Source: Pseudovirgaria hyperparasitica (lineage: Eukaryota). Taken from it: a DNA stretch of 64,000 nucleotides. Under the pieces are notes generated by a model that saw nothing but the letters and a program-made list of their open reading frames with translations, was not told the DNA's origin and ran no database searches. The position numbers and the translations under genes are program-made. Of this stretch, positions 13,610 to 26,079 are shown piece by piece. Every line of letters begins with the position of its first letter. Positions within the stretch are counted from its first letter, which is position 1. The stretch lies in assembly GCA_010093815.1 (NCBI GenBank), contig ML996584.1. One strand, given 5' to 3'.

Positions 13610-13850
13610 TTTAGAAAATACTGCTGATATAGATTGCTTGCCCTGAAAGTAAAACTCTCGAGGAAAAACTCGCTGCTTAGGGAGGAATGGCTGGGATGTG
13701 AGAGCGCCCGAGGAGCACCCGAACGGAGGGTTTCTCAAGCGTCCAGCTGTATTATATGTACTATACGAGTCGGCTATTATACCATATATCTAAGCCGTCT
13801 TACTAAGTAATATAGAATAAACTTAAAGCACGTATATATCCGTCGCCCGT

Positions 13851-14253
13851 GAGGTTAAAATCAGTTAAAATCAATTAAAAACACGTGTAATCAGTGTTGT
13901 TTTAAAGCCTACGAGGTTAAAATCAGTCAAAATCAGTTAAAATCAGTTAAAAACACGTGTAATCAGTGTTGTTTTNNNNNNNNNNNNNNNNNNNNNNNNN
14001 NNNNNNNNNNNNNNNNNNNNNNNNNNNNNNNNNNNNNNNNNNNNNNNNNNNNNNNNNNNNNNNNNNNNNNNNNNNNNNNNNNNNNNNNNNNNNNNNNNNN
14101 NNNNNNNNNNNNNNNNNNNNNNNNNNNNNNNNNNNAAAAACACGTGTAATCAGTGTTGTTTTGAAGCCTATAAGGTCAAAATCAGTCAAAAACACGTGTA
14201 ATCAGTGTTATTTTAAAGCCTATAAGGTCAAAATCAGTCAAAAACACGTATAA
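13851..14253 (+). repeat. Tandem repeat, 52-72 bp units with a variable number of AAATCAGTYA subunits and a CACGTG core, inside the transposon
   Basis: At least 4-5 copies of AAAAACACGTGTAATCAGTGTTRTTTTRAAGCCTA..AGGTYAAAATCAGTY, interrupted by an N gap. Confidence 0.9.
13976..14135. other. Assembly gap (160 N)
   Basis: Run of N within the tandem array; true length unknown. Confidence 1.
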
Positions 14254-14765
14254 TAGAGAGAGGGGGAGGGAGGAAGAGAGGGGGAGGGAGGAAGAGAGGG
14301 AGAGAGAGGGAGAGAGAGAGAGAAGAAGAAGAAGAGGCGGATAGAAGGGTAGCGGATATTACTTCGGCTAAACTACTGACTACATGATTACTCAGTAACT
14401 CTTTGTTTTGAACGTTTAGAACACTAAAATACACTGGACGCTTGAGAAACCCTCCCCGAACGCGCCTACTGACCTTGTGTCCACGCGACGCGCCGTTCGT
14501 GAGGTCATCATGAATGACGCTTGGACAAAATTGAAGTTACCTCCCCTGGGACTTCATTCTCAACCCTATACTCAATATACATCTTGCTCCAGTTGTGCGA
14601 ACGCCTGAATATTCCCCCTCGCATACAGAACTTAGATTCCGCCTCTCTGGAACCTCCTCGACTCTACCCTGCTTCTGGCTGAGCAGTCGTGCCTATATAC
14701 AGTATTAGTACGCTAATCGACAAATCCGCAAGACGTTTCAAGAGCTTCCATCGAGTTCACGCAAA

Positions 14766-17164
14766 ATGGCCCGTCGGTCTACTAAACGCCCAAATTCATT
14801 TGTGGCGAGCTCACCTAAAAGATCGCCAGGCGAGAACCTCACCACAACACGCCTTTCCAAACGGACTAAGCGCTCGGATGGCCGAAGTACCACACCACAG
14901 AGGAGCAAGTACTTCAAAGACATGATCAGTGACGGGGAAGATCCGGAAGTGGGGGAAAATGATGGCGAAGAAGCCTCCGATTTTGAAGACGATGAATATG
15001 AAGAACCTCCCATAGAATCCGAATCCGAGCTGGGGATTTCAAGCGACGAAAATACCACAAAAGGAAACAGAGCGACAGCTGTCAATATCAACAAGCCAGG
15101 TGAAAAGAGATTCACAAAAGAAAGAAAACCTGCAGGAACTGGTTCTGAAATACGATTGACCCCGGGGACGCAATTGATCACTAAGAAACCGAAAGCGCGC
15201 GAAGCAGGCAGTATTCCTTATAGGGATAGAACCATACATCCCAACACGTTTATGTTTCTTGTGGACTTAACAAAGAACAATGATCGTCATTGGCTAAAAA
15301 GTAGGCAGCGCCACTTCTGTTTGCTGCTGCCAAGGTGTTCGCTAATTGTTTTGGTCTGTACAGTGAATGATTTAGATTATAGGCAATCCTTGCATGACTT
15401 TAATTCATTTCTAGAATGTTTGACACAGAAAATTATAAAAGCAGATGAGACCATTCCAGAGCTGCCGGTAAAAGACATTGTAAGGCTGCATCGACGTAGC
15501 TGAGTATCGACTGAACTTTGTTTAGATATTTCGGATATACCGAGATGTCCGGTTTAGTAAAGATCCAACTCCCTACAAAGTATGTTCATGATGAACTGGG
15601 CGACCTGAAGAGACATTGATATAACATAGACCCACTTCTCTGCGGCCTGGTTAGTACTATGTCTGAAGTGACCTTGATAAGAGCATGCAACTATAACGTA
15701 GGCCTAGGTCAAGAACGGGACGAAAAGGACCATATGCTGGGTACTATTTACATGTTCAACCTGGGAAGTGTTTTGTCGGTGAGTTCCTTATCGTACTACA
15801 CCATATCTTTTCTTCATGGCTGTCGCTTCTTACCATGTAGGCAGACGGCGAAGACTGGCTTACGTCGTACTGTCACCCCTTTGATGGCTCCATATTGCAA
15901 ATGAACCGTGTTTCGCGCCGGACCTGACGTGTTTTCTAGGCTCAGGAGTATGGCTACCAGAAGCCGATAAGTTGGCAGCGTTGCGACGAGACGTGGATCG
16001 GAAGCCACATCGACTGAAGAACGTTTTACTACAGGAACGCATTCGATCGGAGATTCTCACTGTGAATAGCGCCGACGAGAAAAAGGTGGTTCGGACGTTC
16101 GTAAGTCAAGGCATGAACAAAGAGTCTGCGCTCAGGACGAAGCCGAAGGTGAGTCTATTGTCGTAGCCTTGGACATCATGCACAACCCTCTCGAAGGTTC
16201 TTCCTCTAGCGTCCGTCGCAAGTGACGTTGAAGGCTTATCACACCAAGCATGTCTGAGTGAGGAGAAACTTTGGCCTCATCTCAATAGTGCACATAATTC
16301 CGTTTCTTTGGGTGCGCGGGACTATTGAAGTCGAGGATGCCGCCTATGCGGTGACCTTTTCTGTTTGTGAGATGAGAGGGAGGGTCTCGGATTGACCAGT
16401 TTTGGCTCAGGGCGACGTTTGGCCGACCACTGGGCACTAATCAGCAACCCAACCGCCACAAATTTCTGTTATACCATTCCGGCCGTGGCAAACAGAGCAG
16501 CACAATCTCTCTACAATCCTCCATTTATTTCCTTTGACTTCGCTTTTCAGCACATTGTCTGGAGTGATCAATCATTTCACATTTATGCCGAGGCTGACTT
16601 TGCATCGGTGATTCGCAGGGGTACGAGAACGACCATGAAAATATCGAGCTCTTACGGCTTCGAAATTTCACTATCAGCAAAAAACTAGCTGATAAGGAGG
16701 TACTTGGTGACAAGGCATTGGAGAGAATCAGCTTTCTCATCTCGTGTATGGTTCCGTTTGTAAGTATACTCTCTCTCCTGATCATGAGCTTAGGATCAGT
16801 TGTGCATGTCCCATGACCAGCTATCCATTGACAACGACCCTCGTACCACATTGGTTTCATCACAGCCGGTTGGTGCGTCCGCCACCTCCGAACTATTCTG
16901 AGCCGTAGAACGAGGGCAGTACGGCACAGAAGTATGGTTGAAGCGATTTTAGGCTGATTCTGCTGACTGGCACTTGCTCCAGACAGGGGTTGTTGCGGTT
17001 GCTCCTCGTAGAATAGAGCACTATTAGTGACGTGAGACCAGAAGATGAAGCTGACAAGACATGTTTGTTTGCAGGTCACATATCTCAACAGTATAATAAT
17101 GCCCGACGACCCAGAAGAATCGAGCAGCGAAGATGAAGATGAAGTCGAGGATGAAGGGACGTAA
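14766..17164 (+). CDS. DUF2461 (TIGR02453-like) protein with acidic/low-complexity N-terminus
   Basis: Motifs FLVDLTKNNDRHWLK, IFRIYRDVRFSKDPTPYK, HFSAAWSRTGRKGPYAGYYLHVQPG, GYENDHENIELLRL. About 8 exons, including introns 15779-15939, 16149-16618 and 16760-17074; stop TAA 17162-17164. Confidence 0.85.
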
Positions 17165-20100
17165 GACGGCATTAGCGACAGATAATCTTGGATGGGTAAA
17201 AAGTGATAGTCGCCCGTGCAGCGCAGGCATGCGGCGCAGACAGCGCGCGGAACCATTCAATCTCTCCACGTATCTAGACGCAGCCGCAGACACTCACCGC
17301 ATCCATCCAACCTTTTGCGCGTGTGACATGCAATGGATATGCTTTCGCCCTCACACCGCGAGGGGGGTGTCATCGTGGCCACATTGAATCATGGGCTTTG
17401 ATGGATGGGCCGCGCCAGCTGGCAGAGCGGCACATTCCAATCAATATTTGATGACCAGAGCCCTTCCTCCTTTGCTCCCCAGGCGCGACACGGGCGCCTG
17501 GATGGGTGAGGCAAGGGATGCCAGGGTGTACGAGTGGACTCCAATCATCGGCCTTCCATCGGGAGCGGCGCGCTGACCTGCAGGAAATTCCAGTCATGTG
17601 ATCTACTAGTACCGTACAGGGCATGGTTCGTCTCCTTTCTGCGGGAAGCTCCCAAACGGGCCGGCGAAAGAGCGTGCCCATAATGCTTGGCACTGTATGA
17701 CTGCGGAGTCAGTGAGCAGATGGGGAGTCAGGGGGGGGGAGGGGGGAGGAGTGTGTGTGAGAGAGGCACAAGAGGAGGGGGAGGGGGATGCATATTGCAG
17801 CGACCAGGGTGCTGCAGGCTTCTGTGCGCTAACTGGCATTTCTCAGCCCGCCGACACTTTTTGCCTTCGGCTCTTTCGCATGCTGGCTGGCATGCTTCCA
17901 AGTGCTCGCTCGCTAGGATTTTATGGCTCGGATCGAATGAACGGCGCGGCCCCGTGGTTGATATGTTGTTCTGTGCAGCTGCAGCTGCCCATTTCTTACC
18001 GCCACCAGCCCCGGTCACACTTTGGATCGTCACTGCGCCTTGCCGTTGCAATTACCGTCTATCCATCCTAAATCGAGATGACGGTCATGATGGCAACGTT
18101 GGAGAAAGGTTTGCATTCACACCGTCGGGGTTCTGGCGGGATACACAGGTCACTTTGCATCATTCCAGGGCACATGGCATGTCTCCTGGGCACCATCAGG
18201 ATGGGATAGCTGGACAGCTGGGCATCAGGTTGCCTTGATGGCGAGTCGTGTAGTAGTGCACATTTGCGAAGTGCAGCGGATTTGCTTCGTAATCTTCTGT
18301 CGCGGTTGTGTCCGCCTGACCTTAGTTTTGAACGCTAGGACGGTTTCCGGAGGGGTATCTCGGCCGATCTCAAGATTTTGACCTCGATAGGGCTCGGGCT
18401 CGGGCCGCTCAGTGACTGGCCTTGGGTTCCCCGTTCATGGATGGGTATCGTGGCATGCCTTGACAATTCCGGACTGAACAGTCTTTGTTCGTGGAAGAGC
18501 GACTGGTGCAAAGATTCAAATGCATAGTAGGACCTGATAATTATGTGGCAGACGAGTGCACTCGGATTGAGGACGCGCTGCGGGCTGCTCGCTCTTAGTG
18601 TTGCCTAGTCGTCTTACATGGTTCAGACAAGCCGCCATCCTTCGTGCAGCAAAGCAACAATGCATCATTTGTCTACGATGCAGACAGACATGGTTGAAAT
18701 CATGGTCGTCACTATGCTAAGCAGCGGTGAAGGCTGTGAATTTACGATGCAGCAATGTTCTCCACTCATCTCAATACATACACTCATAGATGGATGCATG
18801 AAGGCCAGCAGCAAGCTCGTCACATCTATACTAACCAGCTCGAGTAATCCGGCAAGTCTGAAGCATCTAGGATGTAGGATGTTTGGACCCGGCTTACTTT
18901 AATCTGACTTTCGGCTACCAGCCAAGCTTCCATAACAAGGCTTTGTAGTCAACTGTAGCTGTGAGGACGATGAGAGTGAGCAATTACCTGATGAGCGATA
19001 TCAGCAGCACCGACTCGGGAAGAGAGAGCTTCGGACGAATTGAAAACTAATTTTGGACTAACTAATATTGTATGCAAATCAGATGGGACGCTGGCAGTAC
19101 GTACCTAGTTGCAGCTGCTGACGGGAGCTGTGGGTTGCATTCAATGCTCTTTGAACACACACACACTGGGCGTGTCGAACTTTTGGTAATTTCTAGGCAA
19201 AGTACTGTAGTTGTTGCAAAAAGTTTTCGGGCCGTCAGCTGTTGACGGCGGCGGCTTAATTACCAACTTCATCGAGAATGATGGCGTGTGTGAAGAGAGC
19301 AGCCACACGTCAACAAGGATGCGACGGACCGTTTCGCTGGCGCATTGCATGGCCGGCCACCTAAAAATACCCCCCGCGCTACAGTCAGTCCGTTTGGAGA
19401 TTGCTGTATTGATTGAAGTGTTTGTTGAAGCTCGGTGGTTTCGAAGCAGTCGGTCCATGGGATTGTTGAGGCATTGAGTGAGTGTCCACAAAGTAATTAA
19501 CTAAGAGGAGAGGAGTCGGCAGTTTCAAGAATAGGTTTGCCAGATCTGAGTTCAGTCGAGTGTTCCTGCCCCCGCTTTGCTGCTGTTAGTTAGTAAGAGG
19601 TAGACCGACGGGCTTCGTATGAATGGATGATCGACATGTATGTCTGTATGTACATGTATATGTATGGATAGAGCGACCGGCAACAAATTTTTAATTTTTT
19701 TTTCGCGGGGGTGTGGTGGTGGTGGTGGTGGTGGTGTATGTGCGCGCGAGATGCCGTGGTGCTTTGCCGTCAAAAGGACGAAACGAGTGTGCGAGTCTGC
19801 AGCTAATTATGAAACCAGCAAAGAGGAAGTTTGTGTCCTTCAGCTTGGCTGGCACCCCGGAGATGACTTTTAACTGGTCATTTTGGAAGACAGGAATTGA
19901 TACACATGGCCAGGCAGCAAACCTAATTGATTAGCGATCAGATTTGGGATTTCCACACCCCTTCGATCCGCCTACCCTCCCCCCCTCCTGTTCTTCTTCT
20001 TCTGCTGCTTCCTGGTATGTACGTATCGATGGGTTGACCGCTTCTGCGACCTGCTCTTCCGCGATCAGTGTTTGCCTGCGGTGCAAGCAAGCTATGCGGG

Positions 20101-21903
20101 GGAAGCTGGGGAGAGAGAGAGAGGGGGGGGGGGGAAACACGACATGTAGTAGTGAATTAGATGGATGAGCTCCGATATGAAGGAAAGTAGCGTGGGCGTG
20201 GGCCGTGGAATCACGCACACCGTATGATTATATCCACGACTTATTCCATAGCGACCGGACGGGATGTTTGCTTGTATTGTATTTGTGTGTATGCATGCAT
20301 GCAGAGTCAAATATTCCTTGCTTCCTTCTGGTTGAGAAACAAAGCGCACTGTGCGTAGCTTTCTGTTCCGCCAGGCATTCGGTGTGTGTGTGTGTGTGTG
20401 TTATGTGTGTTATGTGTGTGTATGAGTGTGGCGTAAATGTGGGTGTGGCACAGAGCAAAGGAGGGTGAGGACAAATATGATTGATATACAAAGTGTGTAT
20501 GTATGTATGATGCAAAGTGAAAGAAAAGCGCCGCCGCCGCCGACGCCGCCGCTCACACACACACATGGTTGTCAGTCATTGCCTAGACCAAGGCTGATAT
20601 GAGACTTCTTTTTTTTTTGTCTGGGAAAGCTCCGACAAGGAATACATGATGGTAGGATTGCAGTCGGCCTCGTCTCAAAGAAGTGAGCGTTGTAGGAGGC
20701 AAAGTGGAACAAGGCATGTGTGTACGTGTGTGTGTCTGTGTGTATATACATATTTGTGTGTGTCTGTGTGTCTGTGTATGTTTCATCTGGGGAATGGAGG
20801 AAGATGGAACAACAACAAAAAAAAGAGGGCAGGCAGATCAAAAGAACAGGAAAAACCACCCGCTGGGCCGCTGCCTGCCACGAGGGAAAGAAAAGCGGGA
20901 GCGGCAAGATGCAGATCACTTGGGAATGGATGGGAATGGATTGGAGCTTTGCTGCTGGCTGGCTGGCTGGTCGCTTAGCCGCTCCTCACAAGCCCCAGCA
21001 AAATGTTTTTATTTTATTTTTTCGAATCTTTCCCAGGGCCGCCGGGCGGCTATCTCAGACCGCGCCTCCCCCCGCCGCCCGCGGACAAGTGGCGGGCGCG
21101 CGTGCACGCGCGCCTTTTTGCCAAACATGTAACATGTATTTATTACTCATGTCGGGAACCCCCCCTGCACATCTATGGTATGGTTTGTGATGCTGATGAT
21201 GGTAGTCGTGGTGGTATTAGTGTAGTGATAGTCGAGACGTTCTTAGAGAGAGAGAGAGAAGGGGGGGGTACGACTCACTACGCGCGGTACGTATGTGCCG
21301 TGTAGCGCGCAATGGGAACAGACGGCACGAGTTTGATGGCACAAGACCGCCAGGGCAGGGGAATGTGGCGAGGCTGACTGGAAGAAAGGAGGAGGATGAT
21401 GGATGGATCATGATCATATTGCAAGACGAGAAGGAGTGTGTTTTCCCTCGTCACAGCCTTCAGCTCAGGAAACATTTTGATTGATTAATTACTCACCTAC
21501 TTGTGTGGAGCGTAGCGTAATAGTAGCCATGGCCGTGGTCGCGTTCGGGGAAGCGTGAGAGTACATAGATAGTATTATAGTAAGACGGAAAGCGACGTTT
21601 GATTCACTGCAAAGTCCTGCAGAGTCCTGCAAGTCCTACGTAGCTACGGCGGCGGCGGCGGCGTGACGCAGGCTGGCAGCGGCAAGGCTCGCTCTGCCCG
21701 CGCCCGCCTTACACTAATCCATACACTACGTGACAGTCCATATACACACACAAGTCATCAACTAATTATCCCTGGGCGGGACGGCTGTACGGCTATTCCA
21801 TCTCCAGTGTCGGCGCGGCACTTCCCCTCCTCCTAGCTGGCCAGGCGGTGTTAATGCCTGCATGGTCGAGATGTAATACTAGCATCTACTATAGGCAGTA
21901 GGC

Positions 21904-21943
21904 ATGCCCGTATGCCCGTATGCCCGTATGCCCGTATGCCCGT
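21904..21943 (+). repeat. (ATGCCCGT)5 tandem repeat
   Basis: Five perfect 8-bp units. Confidence 0.9.
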
Positions 21944-23587
21944 ATATGTAGGGGCAAAGTAGTGCTAGGTTCGTAGGTAGGTAGGTAGCTAGGTAGCTAG
22001 GTAGGTCGGTCGCTGTCAGTGTAATGGCGGCGGGCATCGTTGACGAGGCCTGCTTTCGGACCAGCATGTATCATATTCCTTGGTGAGATGTGATTGCATG
22101 GACATTAGGGCGACAGGAGGGACGAAGAGGGGATGCATAATAGACTGCATAACACTTTGACCGGTGAAACATCAGGTAGGTAGTAATTAAGGTATGGAGT
22201 ATGTATGTATGTATGTAGGTAGGTAGGTAGGCAGCATGTTTCTACGCCCAGCCTGCCGAGGACGAAGGGGAAATATGCCTCAAGGGGGTCGGTTGTGGCT
22301 CGCATCGTGACTAGCAGAGAGTGTGTACGTATACGTAGCCCATCATACAGTACAAACATACAGGGCGGCAGTCAACGAGGATACGATGTGCCGGTTGCTC
22401 GCTCGCTACATTGGACATTATCATTATCATGGTAATTAACGGATGGTGGTGAAAGGAGTCAGGACGCGACGCGACAGGCCCGTGCCGCAAGACTGCCTCC
22501 TCCATGCTGCCACTCTTTAGCCCGCCGACCAACTAATACTTTTACTATTACTATACAGTATATAGTAATAGATAGGTAGTCAGAGTAGACGGTCCATGGT
22601 TCATCCTCTCTTCCTGTGCTGATGAATCATCAAAATCTTCGTTCTGCAGTGCCTTTTGGCCTCCACTCCCCTCCCCTCCTCGACAGAATGGTCGCGCGAT
22701 GGCGTTTCTGTAGGCTCTCTGGATGCCAACACGCAGAAATTAGCTGTCTAGTTCACCGTTCACAGCAGCAAGACAACGACAAGCTAACTAACAATATGGA
22801 ATGGAACCATGGATGATGGCTTTTTTTCCTTTTTTGCACCTTGGAGTCTTGGGGCCAGCCCCTGCCAGTGCCATCGTCCTCTTCCCAGCAGCCGGTGCGC
22901 CGGGCCTCGCGTTTCGCGCCTGTTTCCCGTCCGTTGAATTGCCTTGACTACTACACACTAGACGCCATGGCCTGTCTCTCTATTCTTCCACTCAGGAGAC
23001 CCCCTCCCCCCCTACTCCCCTACTCCCCTTCTTATCCTTTATCCTTTTTGACCAACAAGGACATGCACTCACTCACACTCACACACATACAAACATACAC
23101 ACACACTCGCACTCACACACTCTGTCTCTCTCTCTCTTTCTCCAAGCCAAGCACAATGCCCAGCTCCGCCTGGTCTCATCTAATAAGGTATGGTATTAGT
23201 GGTGAGCCTGCCAATAACACACCACTGTATCTCCTCGTTGACATTCTTCAAACCTTTCCTTTGCTGCCTCTAACAGCTCAATCCTCGTCATTCCTCGCTG
23301 GTGCCCAAACACCCCATACGACAGGTTTGAGCCCGACTCTCATTTACCATTCAAGTCGCAGCCCCCTAGCTCCCGAGAAGCTCTGTTACCGTCGTCATCG
23401 CTACCTCGACCGACAGGTAGAACCATTTGGTGCGCCTTTCTCGTGTCGAAGACTCGTGCAGACTCCGGCACGGTGACATACTCTCTTCTTGACCTTGACA
23501 CCACCACTGCAATCTCAGATTGGCTCGCTCGTTTGTTCTCTGCGCAAAACGCACACGGCAGGCCAGCTGAAGAAGGGGGGGGTGGTT

Positions 23588-23600
23588 CAGCAGCAGCAGC

Positions 23601-23644
<44 letters not shown>

Positions 23645-23662
23645 CAGTAGTAGTAGCAGCAG
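23588..23662 (+). repeat. Compound (CAG)n/(TAG)n microsatellite
   Basis: About 14 AGT units flanked by AGC units. Confidence 0.95.
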
Positions 23663-24597
23663 CCAGGCCCACCAGCTACTACTAGTAAGCTAGCAACAGC
23701 TCCCACCTATCCTCCTCCATCCTCCATCATCCATCATTCATCATCATCATCACCATCATCATCATAAGGTCCGCCACGACGACCGGGGCACGTATGCACC
23801 AGACTTTCACCCTGGCCCAGCCCTAGCTAGCTCTTTGTCCCCCCCCTCTCCCCTCCCTCCCCCTTCTATTCCCCCGTTTTTAGGCAGTCCGCCACCCCCT
23901 AAAGCCGCCTCCCCCCTCATCCTACTACTACCTCGAAGGTGTCAGCCCGCTAATACCCCCCCCCCCCCCCCCCCCCCTCCCAAGTCCGACTCCCAGTTCC
24001 ACACAAAGTCCCCAGTGTTCACTCACACTCACCCATACACACATACACATACCCGGTGTACACACAACCACAACATCCACTCCACTACCACCTCCTCTAC
24101 CTCTACCTCTACCACTAACCACCATCACTACCACCACCACCACTACTACTACTACCACCGCCTGGCCACCATTCTTCCATTTCCACTTCCACTTCCACTC
24201 CCGTTCCCGCGCTCTGCAGGTGTTCGTTGCTGCTTTGCGCACCCCGGCCGCGCTTCGCTCCGCTGCCCTATTCCAGCCAACTAGCTCTAAATACTTCCGT
24301 CTTAACAACGCCGCTATCCTCTTCGTGCCTCTTCACCGTCGCACTGCCTCACATCTCACTCACTCTCTTCTCTCACTCTCTTCTCACCTTCACCTCGTGT
24401 CCGCCACGCCTGACCGCGCCTGCTCATCACAGCTTCACTCTCCTCTGTTCCTGTCACGCCAGATCGCTCCCCGCTTGTGTCAGCGCATGCAACCTCGACC
24501 TCGCTTTCTCGGCCACGCCATCTCTCTCTCTCTCCCTCTCACCTATCTCTTCAACTCCACATCCATCATCAATCCTTAGCTTTGCACTCTCGCACAG

Positions 24598-26079
24598 ATG
24601 AACGGGCTCAACGGTCAGAACGGTGCTCCTCCTTCGCAATGGACTCCCAACGGTCCTAATGGCCAGGGCCAGTGGAATCAGCAATGGAACGCCTCTCCGA
24701 ATCCGCAACATCCTCACGGCGTCTATCCACCTCCTACTTCGCAGTCCGCACAGCCCTATCCAGCAGCTCCCACAAATGGCCCATATCCACCAGCTCATGC
24801 GTATCCACCGCCCGCGAATGGATCTTATCCTCCACCGACGTCGCAGCCTCCAAGTGTTCCATATGCTCACCAGCCTCATGTACGTTGAACTTCTGCCTTT
24901 GCACCTTGCCTGTCTCCTCGACACATCACTCTTCAGACTTTAGCTGACCATCATTCTTCTTCTAGCTTCCGCATCTCCCTCCAGTTGAGCCTCGCGCAGA
25001 GTATGGAAGATATCCCTATGCAAACGACATGTATCGAGGCCCACCTCCGCCTCACATGCAACAATATCAGCAAGCTCAGCCTGCTCCTCGTCAGAGAACT
25101 GCCATAGCTTGCCGTTACTGCAGAAGGCGCAAGGTGTGTTGGCCAGACTACTTGTCTCGCAGGACAAGCGCTAATCACAATCTAGATTCGCTGCTCTGGT
25201 TTCGAGTCTTCCGAGGACGGCCGTTGCACCAATTGCGTTAGATTCTCACAAGAATGCATCTTCACCCCCGTGTCTGCACAGGCTCAGGCCTTCGTACCCG
25301 CTCATACCGTTGGTCGATGGGCAAGTGGCCATCCACAGCCTGCTTTGTACGGAGCTTACGGGCAGCCTTTGCCTCAGAGCCATGTACCTCAACCACCTGG
25401 CCCAGGTCAGCATGGTCAACCTGGCTATCCACTGCCCAGCCCAACAGGTCCGTATCCCACCCCCGGTGCGTCTTATAATCCTGTCGGTGGTGTCTACGAT
25501 GAGAGGGCTTCCCAAGATGCCAACAGCAGGAAGAGGCCGCATCAGGAGCCTCACACTCCTACGCTGCCTCCGCCCAATCCTTCTGTTGCTGCGTCTCGGG
25601 GCTATGCTGATCATCGGGCGGCGCAACCGTCGAAGAGTAATGATCATCATACCTATCCTGAACCAACGAATCTAACTGCAAGCGCTGTGTCTCCAGCCTC
25701 CTCGCAAAGTTCGTACCAGCCTGGTGGACCACCGTCTCAGCAGCCCTATTACGCCAATAACCCGTCTGGGCAACAGCCACCACCACCACCACCCCCACAG
25801 CGGCGCCTCTCCCCACAGAGTAATTACTCGTACGATGCGAATCGCACCTCGTCGAGCCCGCACGCGAGTGCCGCCCCCAGTACTCCCAGCACCACTTCTT
25901 ACCCATACTCAAACGGCACCGCGCCTCCTCAAGCTGGTCGCACCCCGCCACCAACTTCGCAATCCGGTGGAAGCCGCATGCGGATCGACGACCTAGTCAG
26001 CAGCGATAGCAAGGACGGTGAAACGCGTAGCACCGCGGACAGAAGCATGCTGGACGCTCTCAATCGCCGTCCCATGTAA
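24598..26079 (+). CDS. Zn(II)2Cys6 transcription factor, Pro/Gln/Tyr-rich and without a middle homology region (possibly McrA-like; orthology not established)
   Basis: Spliced zinc cluster RQRTAIACRYCRRRK|IRCSGFESSEDGRCTNCVRFSQEC (CX2CX6CX10CX2CX6C). Exons 24598-24879, 24966-25133, 25186-26079. NLS-like RKRPH. The start could lie upstream because CAG immediately precedes the ATG. Confidence 0.88.

Larger units (their letters stand above)
13726..14454. mobile_element. Non-autonomous TIR DNA transposon (MITE-like)
   Basis: Perfect 21-bp TIR GAGGGTTTCTCAAGCGTCCAG (13726-13746) with its reverse complement at 14434-14454. Identical 8-bp flanks CCCGAACG at 13718-13725 and 14455-14462 (TSD). AT-rich interior with no visible transposase. 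Confidence 0.88.

Noticed and set aside
13610..13738. N-terminal extension of TYW3 in the ORF track
   Set aside because: Starts at a TTG inside the transposon TIR; conserved TYW3 sequence begins at the ATG at 13609.
13851..14253. Regularly spaced repeats resembling a CRISPR array or telomeric repeat
   Set aside because: No unique spacers, no cas genes, eukaryotic context and not TTAGGG; explained as an internal satellite of the TIR element.
17370..24600. Many 60-210 aa ORFs on both strands upstream of the TF
   Set aside because: Low-complexity translations of microsatellites (poly-V, poly-H/T, poly-P) with no domain motifs.
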